Shown here one piece after another: positions 16,589 to 29,882 of a stretch of 64,000 nucleotides of DNA. Each line of letters opens with the position of its first letter. Within the stretch, counting starts at the first letter, position 1. The stretch spans positions 73,470,001-73,534,000 of the forward strand of contig OZ024742.1 in NCBI GenBank assembly GCA_964016885.1, in the 5' to 3' direction. The stretch comes from Eledone cirrhosa. Its lineage: Eukaryota. The translations under genes were made by a program, and so were the position numbers. The notes under the pieces are model-generated. The model was not told the origin of the DNA, did no database searches, and saw only the letters and a list, made by a program, of their open reading frames with translations.

Positions 16589-16589
<1 letters not shown>
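12692..16589 (+). mobile_element. Full-length RTE-clade LINE, subfamily A
   Basis: 5' UTR, single EN-RT ORF and 3' UTR; flanked by (TA)n on both sides. Confidence 0.92.
12961..16227 (+). CDS. RTE ORF: APE-type endonuclease + reverse transcriptase with inserted C4HC3 (PHD-like) finger; open for 1088 codons (candidate ATG at 13126)
   Basis: EN motifs GTINVGTL, CIQETRW, GDLNGHVG, VDYIL, SQHR; RT motifs [30 protein letters not shown]; RTE C-terminal [12 protein letters not shown] and GRPRKTW. Confidence 0.95.
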   Translation: MPSIYGGWMDGWTDCGILESGRERKIWTLRAKMPKLKSNSPRGRECEHSSLFRPRMANITPSPPAPHHPQPPNAIQNFRVGTINVGTLKGRANEVVEMLERKEVDVCCIQETRWRGGSARSIEGKKRCYKLFWVGNDDGLGGVGIMVAEKWADKIIDVNRVNDRIIKIRLVLNRTTVTVISAYAPQSGLPGTIKDRFYETLLLTTSQISDSDYIIIAGDLNGHVGQHCDGYDEIHGGYGFGTRNEEGSRILEFCDANNLTICNTNFKKRDNHLITYRSGEHTSQVDYILTRRRDRVSVVNTKSLPHEECTSQHRLIISDLIVRTRRTRQQKRTILRRKIWKLKDPTARNKFQSILLDAFDSKEEHLESDNIEGQWEFLKANLLLATDEVCGWSRPVGRRRVTWWWNSKVEGSIKAKKQAWKVWRDGGSRVDYQVARREASREVYLARREAEERKFKHVLQRDDQKREVFRIARQCVKENRDIVGEKCVLNDDGILAITDTDKKVAWKCHYERLLNEENKWEKDSLPHIDPIEGPAVLVEGSIISKAIKDMKTGKAAGPSEIVAEMLKASGTVGHTMVTRIVNQVVQNGVVPKDWHSSIIVNCYKGKGDALDRSNYRGIKLIDQVMKVTEKVIAQLIRERIDLDEMQFGFVSGKSTTDALFIVRQLQEKYLAKGKPLYLAFVDLEKAFDRVPRSIIWWALRKLGVDEWLVRAIQAMYKETVSKVRINNEYSEEFSVKVGVHQGSVLSPLLFIIALQAITEEFKTGCPWEHLYADDLTLIAESMAELEKKFQTWKHCLESKGLKINLAKTKVLVCRKENKAAVPSGKWSCSVCRKGVGRNSILCPKCKVWVHKRCSGITGKLTKNIDFTCGRCSGAISSSKCPQNTSSFNCAEGSIEIVDSFCYLGDKISSGGGCSESTVARVRTGWKKFRELIPLLAAKGFSLKMKGRLYDACIRTAMLHGSETWALSAEDIRRLERNEACMLRWMCNSNIRERQSINELRKKLEIRGIRCCLLERRLRWYGHVMRMKVDSCITKCRAIKIDGSHEIGRPRKTWDELINSVITHLHLSKTMSLDRDLWRYSVTEKTRLT

Positions 16590-16616
<27 letters not shown>

Positions 16617-16620
<4 letters not shown>

Positions 16621-17862
16621 GCACGGCCTAGAATCAAAAGGCCTTAAAATTAACCTGGCTAAGACTAAAGTTCTAGTTTGTAGGAAAGAAAATAAGGCGG
16701 CGGTCCCTTCTGGGAAATGGTCGTGCTCGGTGTGTAGGAAAGGCGTAGGTAGAAACTCCATTTTATGTCCTAAATGCAAAGTATGGGTGCATAAAAGATG
16801 TAGTGGGATCACAGGTAAGCTAACTAAGAACATAGATTTTACATGTGGCCTGTGCTTTGGTGCAATAAGTAGCAGCAAGCGCCCACAAAATACTAGCTCT
16901 TTCAATTGCGCAGAGGGTTCTATAGAAATAGTGGACAGTTTCCGTTACCTGGGTGATAAAATCAGCAGTGGGGGAGGGTGCTCTGAAAGTACAGTAGCTA
17001 AAGTCAGAACTGGTTGGAAAAAGTTCAGAGAGCTTATACCACTATTAGCTGCTAAAGGGTTCTCCCTAAAAATGAAAGGCAGGTTGTACGATGCCTGCAT
17101 ACGAACAGCAATGTTGCATGGCAGTGAGACCTGGGCATTGTGTGCAGAGGATATACGCAGACTAGAGAGGAACGAAGCTTGCATGCTCCGCTGGATGTGT
17201 AACAGTAATATACGTGAACGGCAAAGCATAAACGAACTAAGGAAAAAATTAGAAATAAGAGGGATCAGATGTTGTTTACTCGAGAGAAGGCTACGTTGGT
17301 ATGGACACGTGATGCGCATGAAAGTCGATAGCTGTATAACAAAGTGCAGGGCAATAAAGATAGACGGTAGCCACGGAATAGGCAGACCTAGAAAAACCTG
17401 GGACGAGCTGATAAACTCCGACCTCACACACTTACACCTCTCCAAGACAATGTCACTGGACCGAGACCTTTGGCGGTACTCAGTAACAGAGAAGACCCGC
17501 CTTACCTAAATACATAGTAAAACCTACTACAGCCAGTAGGCATCTCTAACAAAATACACGCTCGTCCCACCACCACCACCCCCAACCCATCCACACCACC
17601 CAGTTCTATGTAAAGTTGTGTTGGTGCCACACCATCCAGGCCGAAACAAATGAGATCGTGTAGGTGTCACGACAAAAAAACACACAGTCCACTCTGTAAT
17701 GTGGCCGTGTAGGCAACACGGTAAAAACCTCCCAGACCCACACTGTAAATGTGGTTGGTGTTAGGAAGGGCATCCAACTGTAGAAAACCTGCCAGACAGT
17801 CCTATGCGAGCAAGACAATCACTCTTGCCTCAAGTGGGACTACCCCCGTCCAAACCCGTGCA
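16617..17862 (+). mobile_element. 5'-truncated RTE-A copy
   Basis: ORF 16730-17509 is near-identical to the C-terminus of 12961-16227; 3' UTR present. Confidence 0.93.
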
Positions 17863-19548
17863 AGGACTGTCTGGCAGGTTTTCTACAGTTGGATGCCCTT
17901 CCTAACACCAACCACATTTACAGTGTGGGTCTGGTAGGTTTTTACTGCGTTGCCTACACGGCCACATTACAGCGTGGACTGTGTGTTTTTTTGTCGTGAC
18001 ACCTACACGATCTCATTTGTTTCGGCCTGGATGGTGTGGCACCAACATAACTTTACATAGAAGGAGGCAATGTGGATAGGGTGGGGGTGGTGGGACGAGC
18101 GTGTATTTTGTTAGAGATGCCTACTGACTGTAGTAGGTTTTACTATGTATTTAGGTAAGGCAGGTCTTCTCTACTACTGAGTACCGCCAAAGGTCTCGGT
18201 CCAGTGACATTGTCTTGGAGAGGTGTAAGTGTGTAAGGTCGGAGTTTATCAGCTCGTCCCAGGTTTTTCTAGGTCTGCCTAATCTGTGGCTACCGTCTAT
18301 CTTTATTGCTCTCCACTTTGTTATACAGCTATCGACTTTCATGCGCATCACGTGTCCATACCAACGTAGCCTTCTCTCGAGTAAACAACATCTGATCCCT
18401 CTTATTTCTTATTTTTTCCTTAGTTCGTTTATGCTTTGCTGTTCACGTATATTACTGTTACACATCCAGCGGAGCATGCAAGCTTCGTTCCTCTCTAGTC
18501 TGCGTATATCCTCTGCACACAATGCCCAGGTCTCACTGCCATGCAACATTGCTGTTCGTATGTAGGCATCATACAACCTGCCTTTCATTTTTAGGGAGAA
18601 CCCTTTAGCGGCTAATAGTGGTATAAGCTCTCTGAAATTTTTCCATCCAGTTCTGACTCTAGCTACTGTACTTTCAGAGCACCCTCCCCCACTGCTGATT
18701 TTATCACCCAGGTAACGGAAGCTGTCCACTATTTCTATAGAGCCCTCTGCGCAGTTGAAAGAGCTAGTATTTTGTGGGCACTTGCTGCTACTTATTGCAC
18801 CAGAGCACCGGCCACATGTGAAATCTATGTTCTTAGTTAGCTTACCTGTGATCCCACTACATCTTTTATGCACCCATACTTTGCATTTGGGACACAAAAT
18901 GGAGTTTCTACCTACGCCTTTCCTACACACTGAGCATGGCCACTTCCCGGAAGGGACTGCCGCCTTATTTTCTTTCCTACAAACTAGAACTTTGGTCTTA
19001 GCCAGGTTAATTTTAAGGCCTTTTGATTCTAGGCTGTGCTTCCATGTTTGGAATTTCTTCTCTAGCGTTAGATCATCTGCATTTATGAGTTCCCATGGGC
19101 AGCCGGTCTTGAACTCCATTGTTATAGCCTGAAGGGCAATAATAAATAGTAGGGGGCTAAGAACAGAGCCCTGATGAACACCAACTTTTACGCTCAACTC
19201 TTCACTATATTCGTTGTTAATTCTAACCTTGCTGACTATTTCTTTATACATGGCTTGTATAGCTCTCACAAGCCATTCGTCGACACCTAGTTTTCTAAGA
19301 GCCCACCAGATAATGGAACGGGGGACTCTGTCGAAGGCTTTCTCCAAGTCGACAAAAGCTAAGTATAGGGGTTTACTTTTAGCTAGGTACTTCTCCTGTA
19401 GTTATCGTACGATGAAAAGAGCGTCTGTGGTACTTTTGCCTTACACAAAGCCGAACTGCATTTCATCTTGGTCAATTCTCTCTCTGATTAGTTGCGCTAT
19501 TACTTTTTCCGTGACCTTAATGACCTGGTCGATTAATTTAATGCCTCG
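17863..19548 (-). mobile_element. 5'-truncated RTE-A copy, tail-to-tail with the previous copy; RT damaged (INADD, small deletion, stop)
   Basis: ORFs 18409-19347 and 18151-18351. Confidence 0.93.
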
Positions 19549-19603
<55 letters not shown>

Positions 19604-19708
19604 GTGTATATATATGTGTATATATATGTATATATATATGTATATATATATATATATGTGTATAAATATGTGTATATATATATGTATATATATATGTATA
19701 TATATATG

Positions 19709-19798
<90 letters not shown>

Positions 19799-19810
19799 TG
19801 TATATATATA

Positions 19811-20348
19811 ATCAAATGCTGCGTGCAGGAGAGGCGGTTACGCTGGTATGGACATGTGATGCGTATGAAGGATGACAGCTGCATAAAAAGGTGCAGAGCA
19901 CTAGACGTTGATGGAAATCGCGGAGTGGGGAGACCCAAGATGACTTGGGATGAGGTGATAAAAGCCGACCTTACCCAACTACACCTCTCAAAGACAATGA
20001 CACACGACCGTGACTTCTGGCGTCACGCAGTAATACAGGGTACCCGACCTCCCATGGGTACAAGCTGAGGCATATAAACAATATGCCCCCACTCCCCCCA
20101 CCGCAAGGTGGTCGTGGAGGTGCCACGGCAAAAAAGCACCCAGCCCACACTGTAAAGTGGACGTGTAGGCGCCACGAAAAAGCACCCAGCACTCACTGTA
20201 AATGAGGTTGGTGTTAGGAAGGGCATCCAGCTGTAGAAATCAAGCCAGATCAGTTCCTGTATGAGCAAGGCATGGTCAGCCGACCAGACACTGCCCGCAA
20301 CAGGACAACCCGTCTAGAACGGACGTAAAACGGTGATAATGATGATGA
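19811..20348 (+). mobile_element. Short 3' fragment of RTE subfamily B
   Basis: [15 protein letters not shown]...GTRPPMGTS plus 3' UTR. Confidence 0.9.
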
Positions 20349-22975
<2,627 letters not shown>

Positions 22976-23260
22976 TCATTTTCATCATCATTTCATTTTA
23001 CGTCCGCTTTTCCCTGCTTGCAAGGGAGGGACGGGAACTGATTCTGGTTTGATTTCTACAGCTGGATGCCCTTCCTAACACCAACCTCATTTACAGTGAG
23101 TGCTGGGTGCTTTTTTTGTGTGGCACCTCCACGACCACTTTGCGGTGGAATGATAGGAACCCCATCCCTATCATCTCATTTCTACAGCTGAGCAAACTGG
23201 AGCAATGTGAAATAAAGTGTCTTGCTCAAGGAAACAACACATCACCCGGTCTGAGAATTG
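22976..23260 (-). mobile_element. 5'-truncated SINE with RTE-B tail
   Basis: Reverse complement of the 4235-4500 / 47530-47833 type sequence. Confidence 0.75.
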
Positions 23261-23811
23261 TATGTATTTATGTATGTATGTATATATTTATATATATAAA
23301 ACCTCCCAGACCCACACTGTAAATGTGGTTGGTGTTAGGAAGGGCATCCGACTGTAGAAAACCTGCCAGACAGTCCTATGCATCTATGTATATATATGTA
23401 TATGTATATGTGTATATATATGTATATGTGTATGTATATGTGTATATATATGTATGTATATATATGTATATATATGTGTATATATATATGTATATATATG
23501 TATATATATATATGTATATATATATGTATATATATATGTATATATATGTATATATATATGTATATATATGTATATATGTATATATATGTATATGTATATA
23601 TGTATATATATATATATGTATATATGTATATATATATATGTATATATGTATATATATGTATATATATATATATGTGTATGTATATATGTGTATATATATA
23701 TGTATATATATGTATGTGTATATATATATGTATATATATGTATATATATATATATGTGTATATATATATGTATATATATATATATATGTGTATGTATATA
23801 TGTGTATATGA

Positions 23812-26246
23812 GGCGACGGATGAGGTTTGTGGCTGGAGTAAGACCTCAAGCAGGAGGAGAGTGACTTGGTGGTGGAACAATAAGGTAGATGAAGCAGTCA
23901 AGGCCAAGAGACAGGCATGGAAAGAATGGAAGAACGGGGGGAGCAGGGTACATTACATAGAGACCAAGAGGGAAGCTAGGCGACAAGTATACTTAGCTAG
24001 GAGGGAAGCAGAGGATAGAAAATTCAAGCATGTTTTACAACGTGAGGACCAGAAACAGGAGGTATTCAAGATTGCGAGGCAGTGTGTCAGAGATAGTTGT
24101 GATGTCATTGGAGAGAAGTGTATCCGGAATGATAAAGGTGAGCTTGCCCTCACAAGTGCTGAGAAGAAAGATGCATGGAAGAGTCATTATGATAGATTAC
24201 TAAATGAGGAGAATGCATGGGAAGAAGAGACCCTACCCCACGTAGACCCTATAGAGGGACCAGCAGTACAAGTCAGCGGCAGCGTAGTAAGTAAGGCAAT
24301 CAGAGATATGAAGATAGGGAAGGCAACCGGTCCATCGGGTATAGCTGCCGAGATGCTGAAGGCATCTGGGTCTGTAGGTCACACTATAACCACACGTATC
24401 GTTAACCAGGTAATACTAGAGGGGGCCATACCAAAAGATTGGTGCAGTAGCATCATTGTCAACTGCTACAAAGGTAAAGGCGATGCACTAGATAGAGGAA
24501 ACTATAGAGGTATAAAGTTGATGGACCAGGTCATGAAAGTAACAGAAAGAGTTATAGCACAGCTGATTAGGGACCGGGTGAATATAGACGAGATGCAATT
24601 TGGGTTTGTACCAGGGAAAGGCACCACTGATGCCCTCTTCCTTGTGAGGCAATTACAGGAAAAGTACCTAGCTAAAAGTAAGCCACTCTACTTGGCATTT
24701 GTCGACCTTGAGAAAGCCTTTGACAGAGTTCCACGTGCAGTAATCTGGTGGGCTCTTAGAAAACTAGGAGTAGATGAATGGCTTGTGAAAGCGGTACAAG
24801 CCATGTATAGGGGAGCAGTCAGCAAAGTTAGGATTGGCAATGAGTATAGCGAGGAATTTAGCGTACAGGTTGGGGTCCACCAGGGCTCTGTTCTTAGCCC
24901 TCTCCTGTTCATCATAGTCCTGCAGGCAATAACGGAGGAGTTTAAGACCGGATGCCCATGGGAACTCCTGTATGCTGATGACCTCGCACTCATAGCTGAA
25001 TCTATGGTAGAACTAGAGAATAAATTCCAAACCTGGAAGCAGGGACTAGAGAGAAAGGGCCTCAAAGTCAACATGACAAAGACTAAGGTCCTTATAAGTA
25101 GACGAGAAAACAGAACCCAGATCCCCTCAGGGAAATGGCCTTGCTCAGTATGTAGGAAAGGTGTAGGTAGGAACTCCATTCTCTGCCCCAAATGCAAACA
25201 ATGGGTACACAAGAGATGTAGCGGGATCTCAGGAAGCTTAATTAAGAATGTAGGATTCACATGCAGCAGCTGTGCTGAAACAGCAAGCAAACAGTCACAG
25301 GAAACAAGTACCACCAATCTCTGGGAGGGCCCTGTAGAAACAGTAGACAGCTTCTGCTACCTAGGTGACCGAATTAGCAACGGAGGTGGGTGCTCAGAAA
25401 GTACAATAACTAGGGTAAGAACGGGATGGAAGAAGTTTAGGGAACTACTACCACTGCTAGCTGCAAAAGGCTTCTCCCTCAGAATGAAAGGCAGACTGTA
25501 TGATGCGTGTATCCGAACAGCGATGTTGCATGGTAGTGAGACCTGGGCGCTGAAGGTGGAAGACTTACGTAGATTAGAGAGAAACGAAGCCTGCATGCTC
25601 CGATGGATGTGTAACAGTAATATACGTGAACGACAAAGCATAAAGGAATTGAGAGAGAGACTGAGCATAAGAGGAATCAAATGCTGCGTGCAGGAGAGGC
25701 GGTTACGCTGGTATGGACATGTGATGCGTATGAAGGATGACAGCTGCATAAAAAGGTGCAGAGCACTAGAAGTTGATGGAAACCGCGGAGTGGGGAGACC
25801 CAAGATGACTTGGGATGAGGTGATAAAAGCCGACCTTACCCAACTACACCTCTCAAAGTCAATGACACACGACCGTGACTTCTGGCGTCACGCAGTAATA
25901 CAGGGTACCCGACCTCCCATGGGTACAAGCTGAAGCATATAGACAATATGCCCCCCCCCCCCCCCCCCCCCCCTCACCGCAAGGTGGTCGTGGAGGTGCC
26001 ACGGCAAAAAAGCACCCAGCCCACACTGTAAAGTGGACGTGTAGGCGCCACGAAAAAGCACCCAGCACTCACTGTAAATGACATTGGTGTTAGGAAGGGC
26101 ATCCAGCTGTAGAAATCAAGCCAGATCAGTTCCTGTATGAGCAAGGCATGGTCAGCCGACCAGACACTGCCCACAACAGGACAACCCGTCTAACCCATGC
26201 TAGCGTGGAAGAACGGACGTAAAACGGTGATGATGATGATGATGAT
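23812..26246 (+). mobile_element. 5'-truncated RTE subfamily B (no EN domain; RT frame open to 25933)
   Basis: ATDEVCGW...YADD...GTRPPMGTS; 3' UTR; (GAT)n tail. Confidence 0.93.
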
Positions 26247-26275
26247 ATATGTGTATATATATATGTATATATGTG

Positions 26276-26306
<31 letters not shown>

Positions 26307-26381
26307 GTATGTATATATGTATATATATGTATATATATATGTATGTATATATGTATATATATATTTATATAAATATATATG

Positions 26382-26412
<31 letters not shown>

Positions 26413-26425
26413 GTATATATATATG

Positions 26426-26458
<33 letters not shown>

Positions 26459-26471
26459 GTATATATATATG

Positions 26472-26504
<33 letters not shown>

Positions 26505-26796
26505 GTATATATATATGTATATGTATATATATATGTATATATATGTATATATATATATATGTATGTATATATATATATATGTATATATTCAGGTTTGAGG
26601 TTCACCACTGTATAGAGCTGGTCTATTCCGTATGGTCAATCCGTATGGTCATAGAAGTTATTTGAATGTCTAATCTTCAATTTTCTGTTTGTTCAATTCT
26701 CAATCCTCTTACTCCTTAGTTTCATAATGTTATTCTGAATGTTATTCTGAATGTTATTCTGAATTCTTTCAACTTCATCCGATAGAGTTAAGCAAA

Positions 26797-27800
26797 ATTC
26801 TAAAGTTCCAACTTTCTGTCGGACCGTTGGGTGGGTTTTAGCGGCGGCGCGACCAGCTCCCTGGCGAACGGTCTCACCTGGAGTGCTTGGAAAAATAAAT
26901 TCCCCTTCTTTCAGTAAATGAAAATACTCGGCGTGGCTTAATTAGCCATGGGGCCTGGGGCGCGGCCGGTGTTTTAACCGCCAAATAGTACCTTTAAATT
27001 ACAGAACAAATCGGAACTATTAGATATATCAACCTGAAACTGTTGAGCTTTAAGTTTTCTAACCTCTTTAATATGGAATATTGATTATTAATTTATTAAT
27101 TTTTTAACTTCATCCTATAAGTCTAAACATTGTAACACACTGACCCCCATTATATTCACCTCTGCTAAGATGCGAGTCCCTGTGAAAATTTTGTCGCGCC
27201 ACTCCTGGCCCGACTGTGGTGTGACATTAATATCGACCTTCCTTCCTCTCTCTTTTTATCTTCCTTCTTGTAGCTATCAACCATTACTCTTTTACTTCTC
27301 TAAGCTAGATTTTAAAGTTCCAACTTTCTGTTGGGTGGGTTTTAATGGCGGCGCGACCAGCTCCGTGGCGAACGAGCTCACCTAGAGTGCTTGGAAAAAT
27401 AAATTTCCCCTTCTTTCAGTAAATGAAAATACTCGGCGTGGCTTAATTCGCCATGGGGCCCGGGGCGCGGCCGTTGTTTTAACCGCCAAATAGTACCTTT
27501 AAATTACAGAACAAATCGGAACTATTATATATTTAATTGTTAAACTGTTGAACTTTAAATTTTCTAACCTCTTTAATATTGAATATTGATTATTAAATTT
27601 TTTTAACTTCATCCTAGAAGTCTAAACACTGTAAAACACTGACTCCCAATATATCCATCTCCGCTAAGATGCGGGTCCCTGTGAAAATTCTCTCGCGTCA
27701 CTCCTGGCTTGACTGTGGTCTGACATTAATATCGACCTTTCTTCCTCTTCCTTTCTATCTTCCTTCTTGTAGCCATCAACCCTTACTTTTCTACTTCTCT
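26797..27800. repeat. Diverged ~500-bp tandem duplication inside a unique island (26590-28290)
   Basis: 26797-27300 vs 27310-27800; paired ORFs 27170 and 27669. Confidence 0.85.
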
Positions 27801-28173
27801 CTTCCCTTCCTTCTCTCCTCTCCTCCTCCCTGCAGACTTATATTCCTTCCCCCTCTTGCTTGCCTATATCTGACCAGTAGTAGTTACCTTCCTCTTTTAG
27901 CTGACATTAACCCTGACTTCTCTTCTTCTTTCTTCCCCCTTCTTCTCCTTCCTTTCTTTCTTTCTTTTACCTTGTGTCATGGGATCGACGTTAACCTATG
28001 CTCCCATCTCTTTCTGTTTTCGTTCATCTGACCGGTAGTAGCATACTATAAAATTTAGCCACGTCACTCCAGGGCGACCGGCTGAGGTTGAAGGAACAGA
28101 ATAGCGGTCGCCCTCGGGTCTCGATTTTCAGCCCCATGGATTTTACCTATTACATTCACGTATTATATTTCGA

Positions 28174-28231
28174 ATACCTGATGATATCACCGGATTCATA
28201 CGGAACCCGGTCATTGAAATGATCATAGTAT
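28174..28231 (+). ncRNA. Type I hammerhead ribozyme-like motif (imperfect stem II)
   Basis: atac CTGATGA [accgg...ccggt] GAAA tgatca TA gtat; palindromic stem III; AATAAA follows. Confidence 0.55.
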
Positions 28232-28287
28232 AATAAACCTTCAAGGATTTACACAAATCCAGCCTCCTGTCATTTCATTATAATTAT

Positions 28288-28562
28288 TATATATGTATAT
28301 ATATATATGTATATATATATATGTGTATATATATATGTATATATATATATGTATATATATATGTGTATATATATATATGTATGTATATATATGTATATAT
28401 ATGTGTATATATATATGTATGTATATATATGTATATAATATATATATGTATATATATATATGTGTGTATATATATGTATATATATATATGTATAGATCTA
28501 TATGTATATATATATGTATATATATATGTGTGTATATATATGTATAGATGTATATATATATG

Positions 28563-28595
<33 letters not shown>

Positions 28596-29412
28596 GTATA
28601 TATGTATATGTATGTATATATATATATGTATATATATATATGTATATATATGTATATGTATATAATATATGTATGTATATGTATATATATATATGTATAT
28701 ATATATATGTATATATGTATATGTATAGTATATGTATATATATATATATGTATATATATGTATATATATATATATATGTATATATATGTATATATGTTAT
28801 ATATATGTATATGTATATATATGTATATATATATATATGTATATGTATATGTATGTATATATATATATATGTATATGTATATGTATGTATATATATATAT
28901 ATGTATATGTAGTATGTATGTATATATATATATGTATATGTATATGTATGTATATATATATATATGTATTGTATATATGTATATGTATGTATATATGTAT
29001 ATGTATGTATATATGTATATGTATGTATATGTATTATTTTATATATGTATATTTATGTATATGTATATTTATGTATATATATATGTATATATGTATATGT
29101 CTATGTATATGTATGTATATGTATATATATATGTATATGTATATATATGTATATATATGTATATGTATATATATGTATATGTATATGTATATATATGTAT
29201 ATGTATATATATGTATATGTATATGTATATATATATGTATATATGTATATATATGTATATGTATATGTATATATATGTATATGTATATATATGTATATGT
29301 ATATGTATATATATATATGTATATATGTATATATATGTATATGTATATATATGTATATATATGTATATGTATATATATATGTATATATATGTATATGTAT
29401 ATATATATATGT

Positions 29413-29444
<32 letters not shown>

Positions 29445-29542
29445 GTATATATGTATATGTATATATATGTATATATGTATATGTATATGTATATATATGT
29501 ATATATATATATGTATATGTATATATGTATATGTATATATGT
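28288..29542. repeat. (TA)n/(TATG)n microsatellite
   Basis: Seen directly. Confidence 0.97.
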
Positions 29543-29837
29543 ATAAAAACAAATAACGAAACGAAATTAAATTTCGTTTCGTTTGTAACTCACTTTTGTA
29601 TGACTGACGCTTAAACAATTAAGTTAAAAATGTACATCCACATATGTATACTGAAATACTAGTATGCATATGAATACACACACGTATACATATGTAGATG
29701 TACCGAGTTTTTCACTGGTCACTTTACTGTGAGTGTCCAGCTATTCTGTATGTAAACACACAGACAAACCGGTTTTTAGAGTCATACTGGTTTTTGAGGA
29801 AACACCTTTCCTCTATTCTCCAGAAAGCCAGACAAGG

Positions 29838-29882
29838 AATATTGAACTAGTTTCGATGTTGTTACATCTCATCAGCAATATT
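29838..29882 (-). ncRNA. Type I hammerhead ribozyme (also 30304-30348, 30770-30814, 31236-31280, 31702-31746, 32151-32195, all minus strand)
   Basis: AATATTG CTGATGA GATGT-AACA-ACATC GAAA C-TA-G TT^ CAATATT. Confidence 0.88.

Noticed and set aside
23378-25933. 851-aa ORF as a novel fusion protein
   Set aside because: The N-terminus is microsatellite read-through that happens to be in frame with a 5'-truncated RTE-B starting at ~23812.
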